A stretch of DNA of 64,000 bases, taken from NCBI GenBank assembly GCA_026936335.1, contig JAPMXV010000036.1:62001-126000 (forward strand), in the 5' to 3' direction. Origin of the DNA: Mantamonas sphyraenae STR306 (Eukaryota > Protista > CRuMs). The notes under the pieces were generated by a model. It made no database searches. It saw only the letters and a list, made by a program, of their open reading frames with translations, and was not told the origin of the DNA. Both the position numbers and the translations under genes were made by a program. This document shows positions 36,243 through 47,530 of the stretch, piece by piece. Positions within the stretch are counted from its first letter, which is position 1; each line of letters opens with the position of its first letter.

Positions 36243-37467
36243 TCATCCGCGAGCAAGCAAATTGCGAAACACAACCATGTGCTGGATTTGCGTCGTGCCC
36301 TCGTACAGGGCCAAGATCTTTGCATCGCGGTACAGCTTGCTGGCAATACACTGGTTGGAGTAGCCCATGCCACCAAAGATCTGAACACAGTCGCTGGCAG
36401 CGCTGGTGGCCAGTTCCCCTGCAAGAGCTTTGGCCGCACTGGCACTGAGGCTGTTGGGCAGGCCGACGTCGCACTCCCAGGCTGCCTTGAGCGAAAGAAG
36501 ACGTGTGGCCTCGATACGCATGGCCATGTTGGCCATCATTTGCTGCACGGCCCCGTGGTGGGCGATGGGGACGCCGAAGCTCTTGCGCTCCTTCGCATAG
36601 GCCGCAGCCTCGTCCAAACAGCGTTGAGCCAGCGCAACGCCCGTGATGGCCACTGTGGGTCGGCTGTAGTCAAACGCAGCCATGGCAATCTTGAATCCTT
36701 GGCCGTCCGCGCCGATACGGTTGCTTTCTGGCACAAAGACGTCTTCAAAGAACACAGCGCGTGTGTCGCTTGCACGCTGGCCCAGCATGTCTTCTTTGGC
36801 ACCCACGCTGACACCGTCGCTGTCCCGATCGACAATGAGGCCCTGGAATCCGCCGGCGTCGTCCTTTGCCAGCACAAAGTACCAATCAGCCACGCCGCCG
36901 TTGGTAATCCACATCTTTTGACCGTTGAGCACATACCCACCGGCGGTGCGTTTGGCCTGTGTGCGGATGCCTTGCACGTCGGAACCTGCACCTGGTTCGG
37001 TGACGCAGTACGCTGCGTGTTTTGGCTCGGCGACCATGGGCTCCAGGTACTTGCGCTTCTGTTCTGTGTTGCCTGCCAGGATGAGGGGCAGTTGGGCCAC
37101 AGTGTTGATGTTCAACACGGCGGAAACACCTGCACAGGCGTACGCAATCTCCTCGACCACCAGCGTGCCGTCTGCACAGGACAAGCCCAGGCCACCATGC
37201 TTCTTCAGGAATGTGTGCGTTGCACAGACCCAGTTTGTGTGCCTTTTCAAACAGCGCATGTGGATACTCGCCCTGCCTGTCCAATTCCGGTGCTGCAGGC
37301 AGCACTTCGTTTCGAGCAAACTGACGCGCCAATCCCTGCAACGCACGCTGATCCTCGCTCAGCTCCATGTGCAGGCTCCTACTTTGGCCAGCCATGAGTG
37401 CTGAACCGTTCACCACAGCCCTGCTTGACCTTGCCCCCTGTGTATGCTTCAAAGTGCGTGCAAACAT
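36243..37467 (-). CDS. Acyl-CoA dehydrogenase (medium-chain-like) with a mitochondrial-type presequence
   Basis: AYCVTEPGAGSDV, NGQKMWITNGG, YRDAKILALYEGTTQIQ. The N-terminal domain is in another frame because of one extra base at ~37203 (CCT GAA G AAG CAT). Confidence 0.9.
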
Positions 37468-37552
37468 GACAGAATGTGTTTGTTTGTGTCGGTGTGCGGG
37501 CGGGCAGGTGCTTTCTTCAACCACATCGACGTGAGAGCAAAAGCGGATCGAT

Positions 37553-38974
37553 TTATGAAAGCAGCGGTTCCCTCCTTGCGTTACCTCCCCACGACGAAAA
37601 GGCGTTTTCGATGCGGTAATACTCAGTGACACGATGTCCGGGGCAAAAGGCGCAGCACAGGTCGGCGCGCACGCCGGACACAATGACAAAGAGCAGGTGG
37701 ACGATAAAGAGCAGGCCGACAAAGCTCCAGATGACAAAGACCTGCGACTGCTCGGCCACAAGCACGTGCTGAGAGTGCAGCAGCTGCACCTTGGCGAGGT
37801 CGTCAGCAGTCGCAGCCAACACCACCGACCACAGCATATCCGCAAACAGGGCCACCGAGTTGAGCGCCATGCCTGCCACAAGCACCCCACGCACACGCTT
37901 GAAGCTGCCCACAAGTGTCACAGCCGTCGCCGCCAGGTCCGTCACCACGCAGAAGTACACGGTGGCCAGGAGACCCATTCGCGTGTCCTCCTGCTGCACC
38001 TTTTCCTCTTTTGGCTGCGCACACACACACGCACGCATACATACGCGTACAACCATGTGTGTGCATGGGTGTGCACGTTTCACCGGAGCATGAATGTCAG
38101 CGCAATGGGTCCAAAAGGTGGCGCGCTGTTCCTGTTTCCCACCAAACTCGATCTTTTCCGCCGCACAGCCTCAGGCCACACACACTCTCTCTCACCCTCT
38201 CTCACCCTCTCTCTCTCTCTCTCTCTCTCTGCTTACCGCATAGCTGTCGTACTCGTCGTATCGGAATGTATAGTGGTCCAGAAGGATGCCGAGGGCAAGC
38301 ACCACGGCGCTGAGGACAATCTGTGGCCGAGTTGCGTCAGCGAAAAAGTAAAAACGGGCAGGTGTGCAGGCACAAGGGGAGACACGAGGGTCACATCGAG
38401 CCGTGGTTTCGGCCACAACGCACCATGTGAAGGGCCGTGAGGACAAGCATAAAGGTGTTTTCGTCAACCAGCTCATAAAACTCGCTCTCCAGGTTGCGCT
38501 TGCGCCAGATGAAAGCAAACGCAAAGACGGTTGCCAGCACCAGCACGCACGCACACACAACACCAGCAATGCTCATGTTGCCCAGAGGCAGCGCCTTTGC
38601 AGGTGGTTCTGTGGGGTGTGTGTGTATGAATGGGTGGATGCGGTGCGGCGTGTGTGTGCGTGTGAGTGTGTGAGAATGCCCAGCCACGAAAGCCCTCCAT
38701 GCCGCCTGCCTTTCCACCTACCTGCTTTGCCTGTGCCTTTGCTGCAATCATCGCCTCCGTACCACGCGTCACACGCACATTTCCCGTCCACACATCGGCC
38801 GTGCGCGCTGCAGTTGCGCGCACAGCCGGCCAGCGCGTGTCCGTTGTCTACTACGCGCGGCAACTCCACCCTTGTCTCCTCCAGCAGCAGAGGTGTCTCG
38901 TCGCCACCACCAGCCACTGCGACCAGCACGCACGCACTCAACAGCACAACTGCCACCAACCCTGTCCGACTCAT
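37553..38974 (-). CDS. Signal peptide + EGF-like domain + about 5-TM membrane protein
   Basis: Tenascin-type EGF CARNCSAHGRCVDGKCACDAWYGGDDC. Exons 38974-38722, 38608-38424, 38320-38237, 38014-37553. Confidence 0.7.
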
Positions 38975-39200
38975 GCAACTGGATGCGCGTTGGAAAATTG
39001 GCTTGGTTCACTGTAGTTCGCTCTCTCACTCACGCTCCCATTGGTGCTGCCCATGTTCCGATGCCACGTGATGCACCCTGTCCTGCGTGCCGCTAACAAA
39101 TGTGTTTTCACCGGGAAGCTCAACCATGCCTTGCTTCCCGAGCTTCTGTTTGCCCTTGCCCAGCTGCGCTCGCAGTTGTTCCAGCGTCTCCCAGCCCTGT

Positions 39201-41678
39201 TCACTCGTTGCCAACTCCAGACTGTGTTTGTCCAGAAGCTCGTGAGTCCTGCGCTCGTGCGAATCCGCCGACGACGACGTCGATCCGGTCGATGCGTTCG
39301 ATGCGGGGCTGCTTCGCCCTCGCTGCTGCCTTTTCGACTCGGGTCTTGCGATACAAAGATGAACTGCTGGCAGCCACCACATCGTTGCCCATGCCGCTTG
39401 CCTTGTGTTCACTCCCGCCTTCACGTTTGCGTATGCTGCTGCCGTTCTCGTCGTCAACCTCGGCCATGCCTTGGTCGTGATCTTCGTCTTCCATGCCACT
39501 CGAATCATCGCCGGAGTCCTCGTCGTCCTCGCCTTCGTCGTCTCCATTCTCGTCCATGCAGCTTGCACCCTCGGTGACCATGCGCACGTAGCACTCCACG
39601 TCAAACTTGCGCTTGCACCCGTCGTAGCTCATGTAGCGAATCTTGCCCGTCACCGGCCTCTCCACAAACTCGCGGTCGTGGATGCCACCAATGCACCACA
39701 GCACACCCACCATGCCGTTCGGGTCTGGCGAGTCCAGGGCATACTTGTTGTTGAGGTGATGCGACACCTCCAGGGCCCGTTCGGGCGTGCGCGACCACTC
39801 CAGAATCTTTTTACACCAATACATGCGCATGTAGCCGTGGGGCTTGCCCTTGTCCACCAACTGCACCTGTGCCGCGTTCCACAGCTCGTCGTGCGACTGC
39901 CAGTGTTCGTATTCGGACAGTGTGTAGTCGCACTCGCGAACGTCGTCCTGGTGACGACGCAGTGTTTCCAGCGCCCAGCTGCTGATGGCTTCGATCTGAT
40001 CGTACTTGGGTTGGTAGAAGCAAAAGTTCTCGGCCAGCTCACGCCGCACGAGCGTCTGCTCCATAAAGTTGTCCACCGCACGCTTGAATCGCTTGCGGAA
40101 CTTGACCGACATGAGACAGGCCCGCAGCGGACTCAGCTGCCCAAAGTGAAGGTAATGGGAAATGTTTGCGCAGCCGTCGACATTGGGGTTGTTGCGGTCG
40201 CTCGGATAGCCACGGATGCGCAGCTTGAAAAAGGCACGCAGTGTGTTCTTGGCTTCCTTCTCGCCTGGCTGCGTCCAGTCGACCGGAGGTACAGAGTCGT
40301 CCACGCCTTCGGTGTGCGCCAGCACCACGTCCCAGTCCACAGGCTGCGAGGCGTCGTGTTGCTTGTGCCACGGCGACAGGGGATGCGCCGTGCCTATGTA
40401 CACATTGTCCTCGGCACGCTTGTGCACAGACACCAACATATAAGCCAGAAAGTGCGGCACATGCTTCATGAGCTTGGGACGGAACGTGTGCGCAGCATAC
40501 TCCTGCTTGTTGCTTGCGGTCCACACGGGCACAACGTTGTGTGCATCCACCGTGTACATGTTGACCATCGCCTCATCCGCCGCCAGCTGCGCACACACTT
40601 GGTTGCGTGCTTCCAGGAACGAGCGCATGGGCGACATGTCCGTGACCAAGATGCTGCACGCGTTGGCTCGCACAAACTCGGTGACCTGCCTTGCCACGTC
40701 GCCCTCCTCCGCTGCGCGCAGCAGCCGAAGTGGGATGTTGTGTCGCAACAGCGACTCTTCCACCTCCCGCATGCCCCGCATGGAAAAGTCAAAGCTGCGT
40801 CGAGTGCAGTACGGGTCGTGGGTGTCCACCACGTGCAGCACAACAAGCGGCACCTCGTACGTGTCCGCCAGGTCCTGCGCAACCACCAGTGCTGCGTTGT
40901 CACTCACTCGCTGGTCCCTCCAGCACCAATACACCACAGGACCCAGGGTCCCGCTTGCATGCAGTTCATCCACACTCGTGCGTACCAGCCTCTGGTCCTT
41001 CGAGATGTCCACTTGATAGTTTAGCGTTCCTTCCTCCGAATCTTGATACGCGGCCCATTGTGACCCCAGTCGTACAATGCCCGGGCCCTTTGCCTTCAAC
41101 GATGACGTTGATCCTTCCACATCGCTGCCAGAGTTGCCACTGCTGCTTCCGGCGCTTTCATCGCCGGACGACCGGCGGCTACTGCCTTTTGGTACTCCCA
41201 CACTTCCCTGGTACGCCTCCGAGGTACTGTGCCCGTCCACCATCACCCCCGACAGTGGTTCGTAGCATACCATGATCCGTTCTACCAGCGTTGCCCTCTC
41301 TGCGAGTGTGCGGCGTTCCGTGGAGCAACCTCCGGTGGTGAGTTTCTCTCCGGCGGACCTCAACACCCACTCCACAGCACACAGGTGCGTGCAGGTGCCC
41401 TCCTGTGCATGCACATTGGTATTTCCAAGTGCCTGCCGCTGCTGCGCATCCCCACATGCACGTCCGGCAGCGCAGGACAGGGAAACAAGCCCTGGCTGCA
41501 CGGCCATACTCCGTTCTAGAATTGCACCTCCGGCCAACACCGCGTTCCGTCCCCAGCACTTACCTTCATCTGCGGAATTGAACAGATCCGAGTCCACCAA
41601 ACCAATCTCCTTCTTGGGTTTCCTCTTGGCCGTACGTCCCTTACGCGCACGGCCGCTAGCGTTTGCTCGTTCGCTCAT
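39201..41678 (-). CDS. phr: Class II CPD DNA photolyase
   Basis: VVYWCWRDQRVSDN, VDAHNVVP, SHYLHFGQLS, RRELAENFCFY, HGYMRMYWCKKILEW, DSPDPNG, GKIRYM. Probable in-frame intron 41563-41300. The C-terminus may extend to 39026 if indels are present. Confidence 0.93.
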   Translation of the reverse strand: MSERANASGRARKGRTAKRKPKKEIGLVDSDLFNSADEGKCWGRNAVLAGGAILERSMAVQPGLVSLSCAAGRACGDAQQRQALGNTNVHAQEGTCTHLCAVEWVLRSAGEKLTTGGCSTERRTLAERATLVERIMVCYEPLSGVMVDGHSTSEAYQGSVGVPKGSSRRSSGDESAGSSSGNSGSDVEGSTSSLKAKGPGIVRLGSQWAAYQDSEEGTLNYQVDISKDQRLVRTSVDELHASGTLGPVVYWCWRDQRVSDNAALVVAQDLADTYEVPLVVLHVVDTHDPYCTRRSFDFSMRGMREVEESLLRHNIPLRLLRAAEEGDVARQVTEFVRANACSILVTDMSPMRSFLEARNQVCAQLAADEAMVNMYTVDAHNVVPVWTASNKQEYAAHTFRPKLMKHVPHFLAYMLVSVHKRAEDNVYIGTAHPLSPWHKQHDASQPVDWDVVLAHTEGVDDSVPPVDWTQPGEKEAKNTLRAFFKLRIRGYPSDRNNPNVDGCANISHYLHFGQLSPLRACLMSVKFRKRFKRAVDNFMEQTLVRRELAENFCFYQPKYDQIEAISSWALETLRRHQDDVRECDYTLSEYEHWQSHDELWNAAQVQLVDKGKPHGYMRMYWCKKILEWSRTPERALEVSHHLNNKYALDSPDPNGMVGVLWCIGGIHDREFVERPVTGKIRYMSYDGCKRKFDVECYVRMVTEGASCMDENGDDEGEDDEDSGDDSSGMEDEDHDQGMAEVDDENGSSIRKREGGSEHKASGMGNDVVAASSSSLYRKTRVEKAAARAKQPRIERIDRIDVVVGGFARAQDSRASGQTQSGVGNE

Positions 41679-42100
41679 GCCGTTCCGTGCCCGCGTCTAC
41701 GTTCCCTTGCGGGCCTTTTGGTGTGTTTACTGTCACCCAAACGTCGGCTATGTATGTACTTAAACTGTGTGATGCGCCGTTTGGAGTGAAAGACGGCTGT
41801 GGGCTGAAAGCAAGGGACGGTGGAGGTTTCGTTTGGCGCCGCCACCGCCCTTTTTTCAGACTTCCCTTCCACCGCGACGTGTGTGCAGGCCACACTCATG
41901 CACGGACGAGCAATGTGGTCGAAAGCGTTGATAAGGAAGGGAGCAACCACACAGCTCACCGACACCGTGTTGTTGTTGTGTGAAAAGGCAACACACGCCA
42001 CAACGAGTCTGGAGGGCAGGAAGGAGCCCAGAGACCGCAGGTTTCCACAGCGTCTCCCCACGGTCTCCACGCACAAATTCATCGATGCCCATGTGCACAA

Positions 42101-45100
42101 TCACAACTCTGTTTTAATGTGTTCTGTGTGTGAAAGGGTGGCATGGGACATGGGACCTGGATCTTGCGCGTGCAAGTTTGCAGAGTGCTCGCCCTTGTCC
42201 CAGCGCGCCCACGCCTGCTCAAACAGACTGTACAGACCATGTGCGTAGCGTGGACCATCAAAGAGGGGAGCTTCGTTGCGAGCATGAACCAGTTTGGCAC
42301 GCAGGGCAACCAGGGCCTGTGGGTCGCTGGCCAGCCGCACAGCAAGCTCCTCATACTCGTCCAGCGAGTGGGCAATGGTCTCTGTGCATCCCAAGCCGGA
42401 CAACAGGCCGGCAGCCACACGAGCAGCCATTTTCTCGCCCTGCATGGTCACCATGGGCACGCCGGACCACAGCGTGTCGATGGCCGTGGAGTGGCCATTG
42501 TACAGGGGCGTGTCCAGAACAAGGTCGGCCAGACTCTTCACCTGCACGTGCACCTCTGCAGGCAACAGGTCCTTCATGATCAGCCGCGTGTCGTCCACGC
42601 CCTCCGCACGCATCCGCGCGCGCAGGTGTTCTTCCGCCTCGCGCGGCGACCGCATGAGCCACAGCACTGCGTTGGGCACCCGTTTCAGGATGCGCATCCA
42701 CGTGCCAAACGTGGCCGGGTCGATTTTGTACAGCGTGCCAAAGTTGGCCAGAATGACTTTGTCCGTGGGCAGATCGTACGCTGCCCGGTGGATGGATGCC
42801 GTCCCTGTGTGGAGTTGAGCAGCGTGTGCTGCGGGTACAACGTGCCGTGGGAGTTGAAAAAGAACGAGTGCGGCATGTACATCAGTTGCTCAGCAAAGTG
42901 GCCCTTCACTTGGGGCCACGGCGACGTCCACGCGTCCGTGACCACATAGTCGGCCAGTTGTGTGCTCCCCATTGTGCCCAGGTAGCCAAAGAACGACACT
43001 TGGACCGGTGCAGGTCGCAAGGCAAACACTTGGTTGCGCATGTGGTCTGTGAACCCGCCAATGTTCACCAACACGTCGATTTTGTCCGCATGGATGCGTT
43101 GCGCAGCTTGGATGTCTGACGATGAGCTCAAATCCACCAGCTCGTCCGCCTCTTGCTCAATCCGTTCCCTGTAGATGCACCTCTCCTTGGGTGGGGCGTT
43201 GATGGAGTACACATACACGCGCACCCGCGAGCGGTCGTGCAATCCGTACAAATCCTGCGTCATCTTGGCCACCGGGTGCTCGCGTATGTCTGCACTCACG
43301 TAGCCCACACGAAGTTGTGCCTTGTGTCCATTGCGTGTGGCAGAGTGCAACGCAGAATGGTCAAATGGGCCCACCTGGAAGTGCGACGCGTCGTCAATCG
43401 CCTTTTGCGCAGTTCGCTCCGCCACACGCCGCACCAACGCAGGCGGAAACGGAAGCGCCATGGCGTCAAACGCACTGATGCACAGAGGCAACCCTGCACG
43501 CAGCTGCTCCTCCGTAATAGCCCGTATGCGTGCGTTGTTCGCTTCGTACTGGTCCCACTCGGCGCAAATCGACTGCAGCGATCGCGTCAGACCCGTAAAC
43601 GCACAGTGGAACTCGGGCTGGCGACGCAACACCTCGCGGTACACTTGGATGGCTCCTGTGACGTTGTGCTGTTTCTCGATGGCCCTTGCCAGGTGGAGGT
43701 ACGCGTCACGGTAGTCCGGATTCTTGGTCACTGCCATGCGAAAGTAGTCTTCGGCGTGTTTGAGATAGCCCTGGTAAAAGTAGGCAATGCCCAGGTTGTC
43801 GTAGGCCGCACTGTACTCCGGATCCAGCTCGATGGTGCGTTCAAAGTGCCGCACCGCGTCCAGCAGCCGGTCGGCACGGTAGTACACCGAACCCAGGGTG
43901 AAGTGCACGTGCACACTGCCAGGATCTCCGTCGTGTTTGCCAAGATACTCCTGGGCCAGCTGCACGCTCTCCTCAAACCTGTGCGCCATAAACAGCGCCG
44001 CAACCATCCCAGACACACTCTCCGAATCGTCTGGGGCCAACGACAACGCCTTTGCGTATGCTTGCACTGCCTGCGAGCCACGGCCCTGTTCGTTGAGATG
44101 GTGGCCCAGTTTGTGGTACACAGGCACGTACGTGGCCAGGTGTGCCCCCTCATTGTCGCCCACGTGTTGATCCAACCATGCCTGCAACTCTTCCATCAGT
44201 GTGTGGATCTCTCCCGAACGTTCACGTGCCCCTGCCAGCGTGAGCAGCACGTCGTGTGCGTCTGGCTTGATCGCGAGCGCGTGTTGCAACGCCGCCACCC
44301 CGTCTGCCATCTTGTGCATTGTAAACACAAGGTGGTGGCCGTACTGGTGCCAAAACACCACATTGTTGCGCTCCAGCTCCGCCGCACGTGCGTAGTGCCT
44401 GTGTGCCAGCGTCTGTTTGCCCAGGTTCTCGTAGCACATCGCCAGCCGGTTGTGCCCGTCTGCAAACGTCTCTTCCAGCGCCACTGTGCGCTTCAACGGC
44501 TCCACTGCACCGCCATAGTCCTTCATGGCCCACAAAGAGTAGCCCAGGTTGAACTGGGCCAGATGCATGTCCGGCTTGTGCCGTGTGGCCTGCCGAAAGG
44601 CCTCCACCGCTTCGGGCAGCCGCTGTGCCACCAGATACAGGTTTCCCAGGTTGTTCCACGCCTCCCCAAACGTTGGCATGCGTGTGTTGAGCACATGCTT
44701 GTACACAGCCTCTGCCTGGGCCGCATCGTCCATGGCCATGGCCAGATGAAACAAAGCAATTCCCGTGGGCTCATCGTGTTCCCTGTACAGCCATGCCACA
44801 TACCCAAAGCAGGCCTTGGCCCTGTCTTTCTGTCCTTGGCCCACCATGCCGTTCCCCTGTGCCATCAGTTCGTTGAAATCCACGCTGTTCAGCCCTCCAC
44901 ACGCGCCGGTTGTCTTTGCTCCGGTTGGCAGAAGCGCTTCCAGTTGCCTATCCTTGTCCTCGCGTGACACGGACATGGTCGCTGTGTTGGTGGTGCCTGT
45001 GGAGCGTTGTGTGCGATCACTGCTTCGAGCTGTGCGTACCGGTGGCCGTTTGGCCCCTCCGGCTCGCTTTACGCGCGGCTTCCCGTGCACTCCGTCCACC

Positions 45101-45159
45101 ACACAAGCCACAATCAACACATAGAGTAGCAGGACGACGTGTGCACGCATGCGACTCAT
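42101..45159 (-). CDS. TPR-containing GT41 glycosyltransferase (OGT-like) with an N-terminal signal peptide
   Basis: Multiple TPRs, then RVGYVSADIREHP, FALRPAPVQV, NFGTLYKID, LDTPLYNGHST. One base is missing at ~42804 (CAG GG ACG). Confidence 0.88.
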
Positions 45160-45227
45160 GGTAGGAAAATGGCAGCGGAAGGGGGTGCGTTGGTGGCTCC
45201 AGTGCAGTGCAAGGTTTGCTGAGTTCC

Positions 45228-46790
45228 ATGAGCAGCAGCAGCAAGGAGGATGCAACGGGTGATGAAAACACAGTGCCAACCATGGACACGCGTGTGCAGC
45301 AGATGACAGAGGATGTAAAGGCTGTGTACGAGGCACAGGAGGGGCTGGAGGGGCTGTTGGTTCGCTTGCGCCGCGTCAACACACTGCTGCAGGACAGCAC
45401 GCGTGAGTTGGCTCTGCATTCGGCTGTGCTGAAAGCATCCAAAGAGCAGCTGCCAGCGCTGGCCACCATTCTGTGTGGGATGCTCAGTGGCTCGGGGGTG
45501 CCTGTGGAATGTGTGCACGAGGCACTGCACCTGACCACACACCTGGTGCGCATCCACGGCCTGCGTTGGCTCAACGCTGCCCAATCGTCGGGTGGATGGG
45601 CATTGCGACAGAACAACGGGGACACAGAAGGGGGTAAAGAGGCACAGGGAGACGGAAATCGGGCGTCCTCCTCGTCCTCGACGTCCTTGACACCCGTGTG
45701 TGACGTGTGTGGCAAGGCGAGCAAGTCACGGTGCAGTCGGTGCCAGGCACGACGCTATTGTGGCAGGGAATGCCAGGTGGCAGACTGGAAGGACGGCCAC
45801 AAGCTGGTGTGCTCGGAACTGGGCAAGCAGACGATTCGCAAAGCAGCGGCCAAGGATCAGCAACTTGTGCTGGCCATGTGTGGTCAGTCGGGTGCACAGC
45901 TGCGTTTGACGCTGGAGCAGCTGCAGGACGACGTCGACGAGGCGGAGTTGGAGGCCACGCGGTCGGCCGTTCTCTTCCTTCACCTCATGGCACGGGATCT
46001 CGACGAAACCACCTTTTCGCTGGACAGCGCCAGTTTGGAGGTGTTGGTGAACATAGAAGGGTGGATGCACGCATGCACGGACGACCTCATGCAGTTGGTG
46101 GACCACCTCAGCACGCTGTCGACACAGGCACTCAAACCATGGCTACAAGCACACACGGCACACAATCGCCTTGCAAACGCAGCCATCACCTGTCTCGGGC
46201 TCCTGTGGCTTCAGGACGACCATGCACATTCACACTGTGAACGCCTGCTGCCCTGGGCGCTGCAACACTTCCCTGTCGCCACAGCGCCCGCGTGGCTGTT
46301 TGTCGCCGATGAGCAACAGTATGCACAGGTTACAGACACACTGGTGGACTTTGTATGCGATCAGCTTGCCTGGGGCACGTACGACGTCCTTCACACCATG
46401 TGGGAACCCAACGCGGTGATATTGGCCTTCTACAGCGCCCTCAGCGCTCTGGTGGCATTGGCAGACACGCAGCTACACACTCACGAGCGAGTGTCCCTTC
46501 TGATGTCCCACCTGGCAGCCATTGGCGACCATGCACAGGTCGCACCTGTCGAGGTGCTTCAATGGCAACTCATAGACAAGGGAGCCACCTTTGAATACCA
46601 ACAGGTCGGGGAACACAGCCCCCTCCGCAATCTACTCACCTCGGAAGCCACTAGCCTATTCCTTGCGGGGCTTCAGCGACGTGGCGACGGCTTTCTCCCT
46701 CCTGAGGGCGAGCTGGAGTGGCAAGACGACGATGATGCAGAGATGTGGATGAGGATCAACTCGGAAGCGTTCGTGTCGTCAGTCAGCTGA
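45228..46790 (+). CDS. MYND zinc-finger protein embedded in a helical domain
   Basis: CDVCGKASKSRCSRCQARRYCGRECQVADWKDGHKLVC. Confidence 0.82.
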   Translation: MSSSSKEDATGDENTVPTMDTRVQQMTEDVKAVYEAQEGLEGLLVRLRRVNTLLQDSTRELALHSAVLKASKEQLPALATILCGMLSGSGVPVECVHEALHLTTHLVRIHGLRWLNAAQSSGGWALRQNNGDTEGGKEAQGDGNRASSSSSTSLTPVCDVCGKASKSRCSRCQARRYCGRECQVADWKDGHKLVCSELGKQTIRKAAAKDQQLVLAMCGQSGAQLRLTLEQLQDDVDEAELEATRSAVLFLHLMARDLDETTFSLDSASLEVLVNIEGWMHACTDDLMQLVDHLSTLSTQALKPWLQAHTAHNRLANAAITCLGLLWLQDDHAHSHCERLLPWALQHFPVATAPAWLFVADEQQYAQVTDTLVDFVCDQLAWGTYDVLHTMWEPNAVILAFYSALSALVALADTQLHTHERVSLLMSHLAAIGDHAQVAPVEVLQWQLIDKGATFEYQQVGEHSPLRNLLTSEATSLFLAGLQRRGDGFLPPEGELEWQDDDDAEMWMRINSEAFVSSVS

Positions 46791-46796
46791 GTTTTT

Positions 46797-47388
46797 TTAG
46801 TGGATGGAGATGTCGGCGCAGGAATAGAACGTGGGCACATCCGGGTTGTTTGTGTTGTACACTGTGCGCAGCACGGCATGCTCCATCTTCTTGTTGGGGA
46901 TTTCAATCACCGCAGTCATGTCGATGGGCGCTTCCATGTCCGTATCGGGTACTGTGGCAGAGTGGTGTCAGTTTCGTGCAACATCTCTGCCCGTTGTGAC
47001 AACGTCAACCCATTCCCTGCTCCCTTCGGGGGCTTTTCCCTTGACACACGATATTCGGGGGCAATCCACGCAACTCACCGAGGGCCAGCAGGGTGAAGTT
47101 GGTCGGGTTGGGACCAACGCCAAGGCCGATGGCAAAGTTGCCAACGTTCTCCGGGTAATAGTGGTTCAGGTTCTTGTTGAACGTCACTTGCACCTGAGAT
47201 CCGGCCTTGACGAAAGCCTTGGGAGTCTCCGCAGGGCGGCCACCGCAAGCGGGGGTGTGCAGGAAGCAGTCGCTGGACGCAGGCTTGCTGATGTCCATGC
47301 TACCACGCTGATGCGGGTGCACAAAGCACACGTGGGCCGACACGGCGGCGACGAGAAGAATCAGGGCAAAGGCGCGAGCGGCGATCAT
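46797..47388 (-). CDS. Small secreted histidine-brace (LPMO-like) putative copper protein
   Basis: Signal peptide ...AVSA|HVCFVHPHQRG, then CGG, NLNHY and C-terminal FYSCADISIH*. Intron 47078-46952. Confidence 0.72.
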
Positions 47389-47530
47389 TTGGATTTTTTG
47401 AGGTGGCTGTGCATTCGCACGCTCCACCACCTTCCTGCCAAGTATCATTAGCACCCAGAACCACCTCCACTGAAACCTCGCACGTGTTCACACCAAACCT
47501 CAGCACCACCTCCCCTGCAACACCCAACCC

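Noticed and set aside
41755-41775. TGTACTTAAACT resembling the U12 snRNA 5' end
   Set aside because: The branch-pairing GUAAGGA segment is absent, and I found no U12-type introns on sense strands.
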